From positions 2,176,001 to 2,240,000 of the forward strand of contig CAVUAK010000001.1 of NCBI GenBank assembly GCA_963739455.1: a stretch of 64,000 nt of DNA. The letters are read 5' to 3'. The position numbers and the translations under genes were made by a program. Under the pieces are notes generated by a model, which saw nothing but the letters and a program-made list of their open reading frames with translations, was not told the DNA's origin and made no database searches. Shown one piece after another: positions 62,770 to 64,000 of the stretch; position 1 is the stretch's first letter; each line of letters opens with the position of its first letter. Source of the DNA: an uncultured Gemmatimonadales bacterium (GTDB taxonomy: Bacteria > Gemmatimonadota > Gemmatimonadetes > Gemmatimonadales > GWC2-71-9).

Positions 62770-63584
62770 CGGTGCACGAGGATGCGGAGTTCGATGCCCT
62801 GGCCAAGGACCTCACGGTGCGCACGGGAGTGTCGCTGGCGGCGTACAAGCCGAAGTGCCTCCGGCGCCGGATCGCCGTGCGCATGCGGGCCTGCGGCGTG
62901 CACACGTACGACGAGTACCGCGGCGTGCTCGCGAGTACGCCGGGCGAGGTCGATCGCCTGCACGACGCCCTCACGATCAACGTCACCCGCTTCTTCCGGA
63001 ACCCGGAAACCTGGGAGGCCGTAAAGGCGAACGTGCTGCCGGGGCTGATGGCGAAAGCGGCGCCGGTGCGGGTCTGGAGTGCCGGCTGCTCGTCGGGTGA
63101 GGAGGCGCATACGCTGGCGATGCTGTGGGCCGACGGCGCCGAGCGCGCGGGCCATCCCGAGTGGCTCGACCGGCTCAGCGTCGAGGCCACGGACATCGAC
63201 CGCGAGTGCATGCTGCGGGCGCGGGCGGGGCAGTATCGCACCGACGCCTTCGTGGAGACGCCGCCCCGGCTGGTGGAGCGATGGACCCGGCCGGAGGGAG
63301 AAGGGCGCATCGTCGACGCGCGGCTCCGCGCGCGGATCCAGGTGTCCACGCTCGACCTGACCCGCGATGCGATGCCGGTGCGCCGCTTCGACCTGGTCGT
63401 CTGTCGCAATGTCGTGATCTACTTCGACCGGATTACGCAGGAACGACTGTTCGTCGCCTTCCATGATGCGCTCGTGCCGGGCGGCACCCTGATCCTCGGC
63501 AAGGTGGAAACCCTGGTCGGCCCGGCGCGCGACCTGCTCGAGCTCGTGGATGTGCGCGAGCGCATTTACCGGAGGCCGGCGTGA
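62766..63584 (+). CDS. cheR: Chemotaxis methyltransferase CheR
   Basis: LTINVTRFFRN, VWSAGCSSGEE, ATDID, CRNVVIYFD; own ATG preceded by GGAGG. Confidence 0.94.
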   Translation: MTVHEDAEFDALAKDLTVRTGVSLAAYKPKCLRRRIAVRMRACGVHTYDEYRGVLASTPGEVDRLHDALTINVTRFFRNPETWEAVKANVLPGLMAKAAPVRVWSAGCSSGEEAHTLAMLWADGAERAGHPEWLDRLSVEATDIDRECMLRARAGQYRTDAFVETPPRLVERWTRPEGEGRIVDARLRARIQVSTLDLTRDAMPVRRFDLVVCRNVVIYFDRITQERLFVAFHDALVPGGTLILGKVETLVGPARDLLELVDVRERIYRRPA

Positions 63585-64000
63585 GCGCACGGGAGATCGT
63601 CGTGCGGGTATCGGACATGGCCGTGGCCTCGGCGGACGAGGTCCTCGTCACCGTGGGCCTGGGCAGCTGCGTGGCGATCATGCTCTACGATCCGGAGACG
63701 CGGATCGGCGGGCTCGCGCACATCCTGCTGCCGTCGAAGGCGCTGACCCGGCAGTCGGACAACCCGGCCAAGTTCCCGCAGTCGGCGGTGCCGGTGCTGC
63801 TGGAGCGGATGGTGGCGGCTGGGGCGAACCCGCGGCGCATCACGGCGCGCCTGGCGGGCGGGGCGAGCATGTTCTCGCAGCTGGCACCGCCGGGCACGAT
63901 CCAGATGGGCGAGCGGAACCTCGTGTCCACGCGGCAGGCGCTGAGTGCGCACAACGTGCCGCTCACGGGTGAGGCGGTGGGGGGCGACTTCGGCCGCACG
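63581..64000 (+). CDS. cheD: Chemoreceptor glutamine deamidase CheD (runs off window end)
   Basis: Manual translation: LVTVGLGSCVAI.LYD...GGLAHILLP...AGGASMF...MGERN...VGGDFGRT. Confidence 0.93.
   Translation, partial: MSAREIVVRVSDMAVASADEVLVTVGLGSCVAIMLYDPETRIGGLAHILLPSKALTRQSDNPAKFPQSAVPVLLERMVAAGANPRRITARLAGGASMFSQLAPPGTIQMGERNLVSTRQALSAHNVPLTGEAVGGDFGRT

Noticed and set aside
61149..63584. Apparent 811-aa DUF4388-TPR-CheR fusion in the ORF track
   Set aside because: An extra C near 62610 shifts the frame. The TPR continues in 62566-62769, and cheR has its own GGAGG plus ATG overlapping that stop. Most likely two genes.

Overview
A GC-rich bacterial chromosome window. Gene content suggests Gemmatimonadota (inference from the ADOP-type permease, the kinase/BTAD-TM-TolB-like regulators and the lipoprotein style). 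Many essential genes carry single-base indels, which look like uncorrected long-read errors. There are three blocks. (1) 1-15.3 kb is core metabolism: thiolase, hbd, Leu/Val dehydrogenase, rpiB, glyA, nnr, thiL, plsC, eno, ftsB and GDPD, ending in tRNA-Met(CAT). (2) 15.3-34.2 kb is an accessory stretch of secreted proteins, lipoproteins and transporters, with no integrase. (3) 34.2-64 kb is a co-directional run, apaG-tilS-hpt-ftsH-folP-DUF2723-yggS-divIVA-PNP-ileS-dksA-lspA-rluD, that continues directly into a 14-gene, tightly coupled signalling cluster. That cluster holds a CheW-CheY-CheA-CheC core in the order of the Myxococcus Dif genes, a large TPR protein, two DUF4388-TPR proteins with tandem MshEN-like (c-di-GMP-binding) motifs, three Roadblock-domain proteins, an MglA GTPase, a protein with two DnaA-type AAA+ domains and no DNA-binding domain, CheR and CheD. 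It is the best candidate for an undescribed system. A second theme is a set of 7-, 9- and 15-bp tandem repeats that sit between genes and have also entered several proteins in-frame, in different reading frames.
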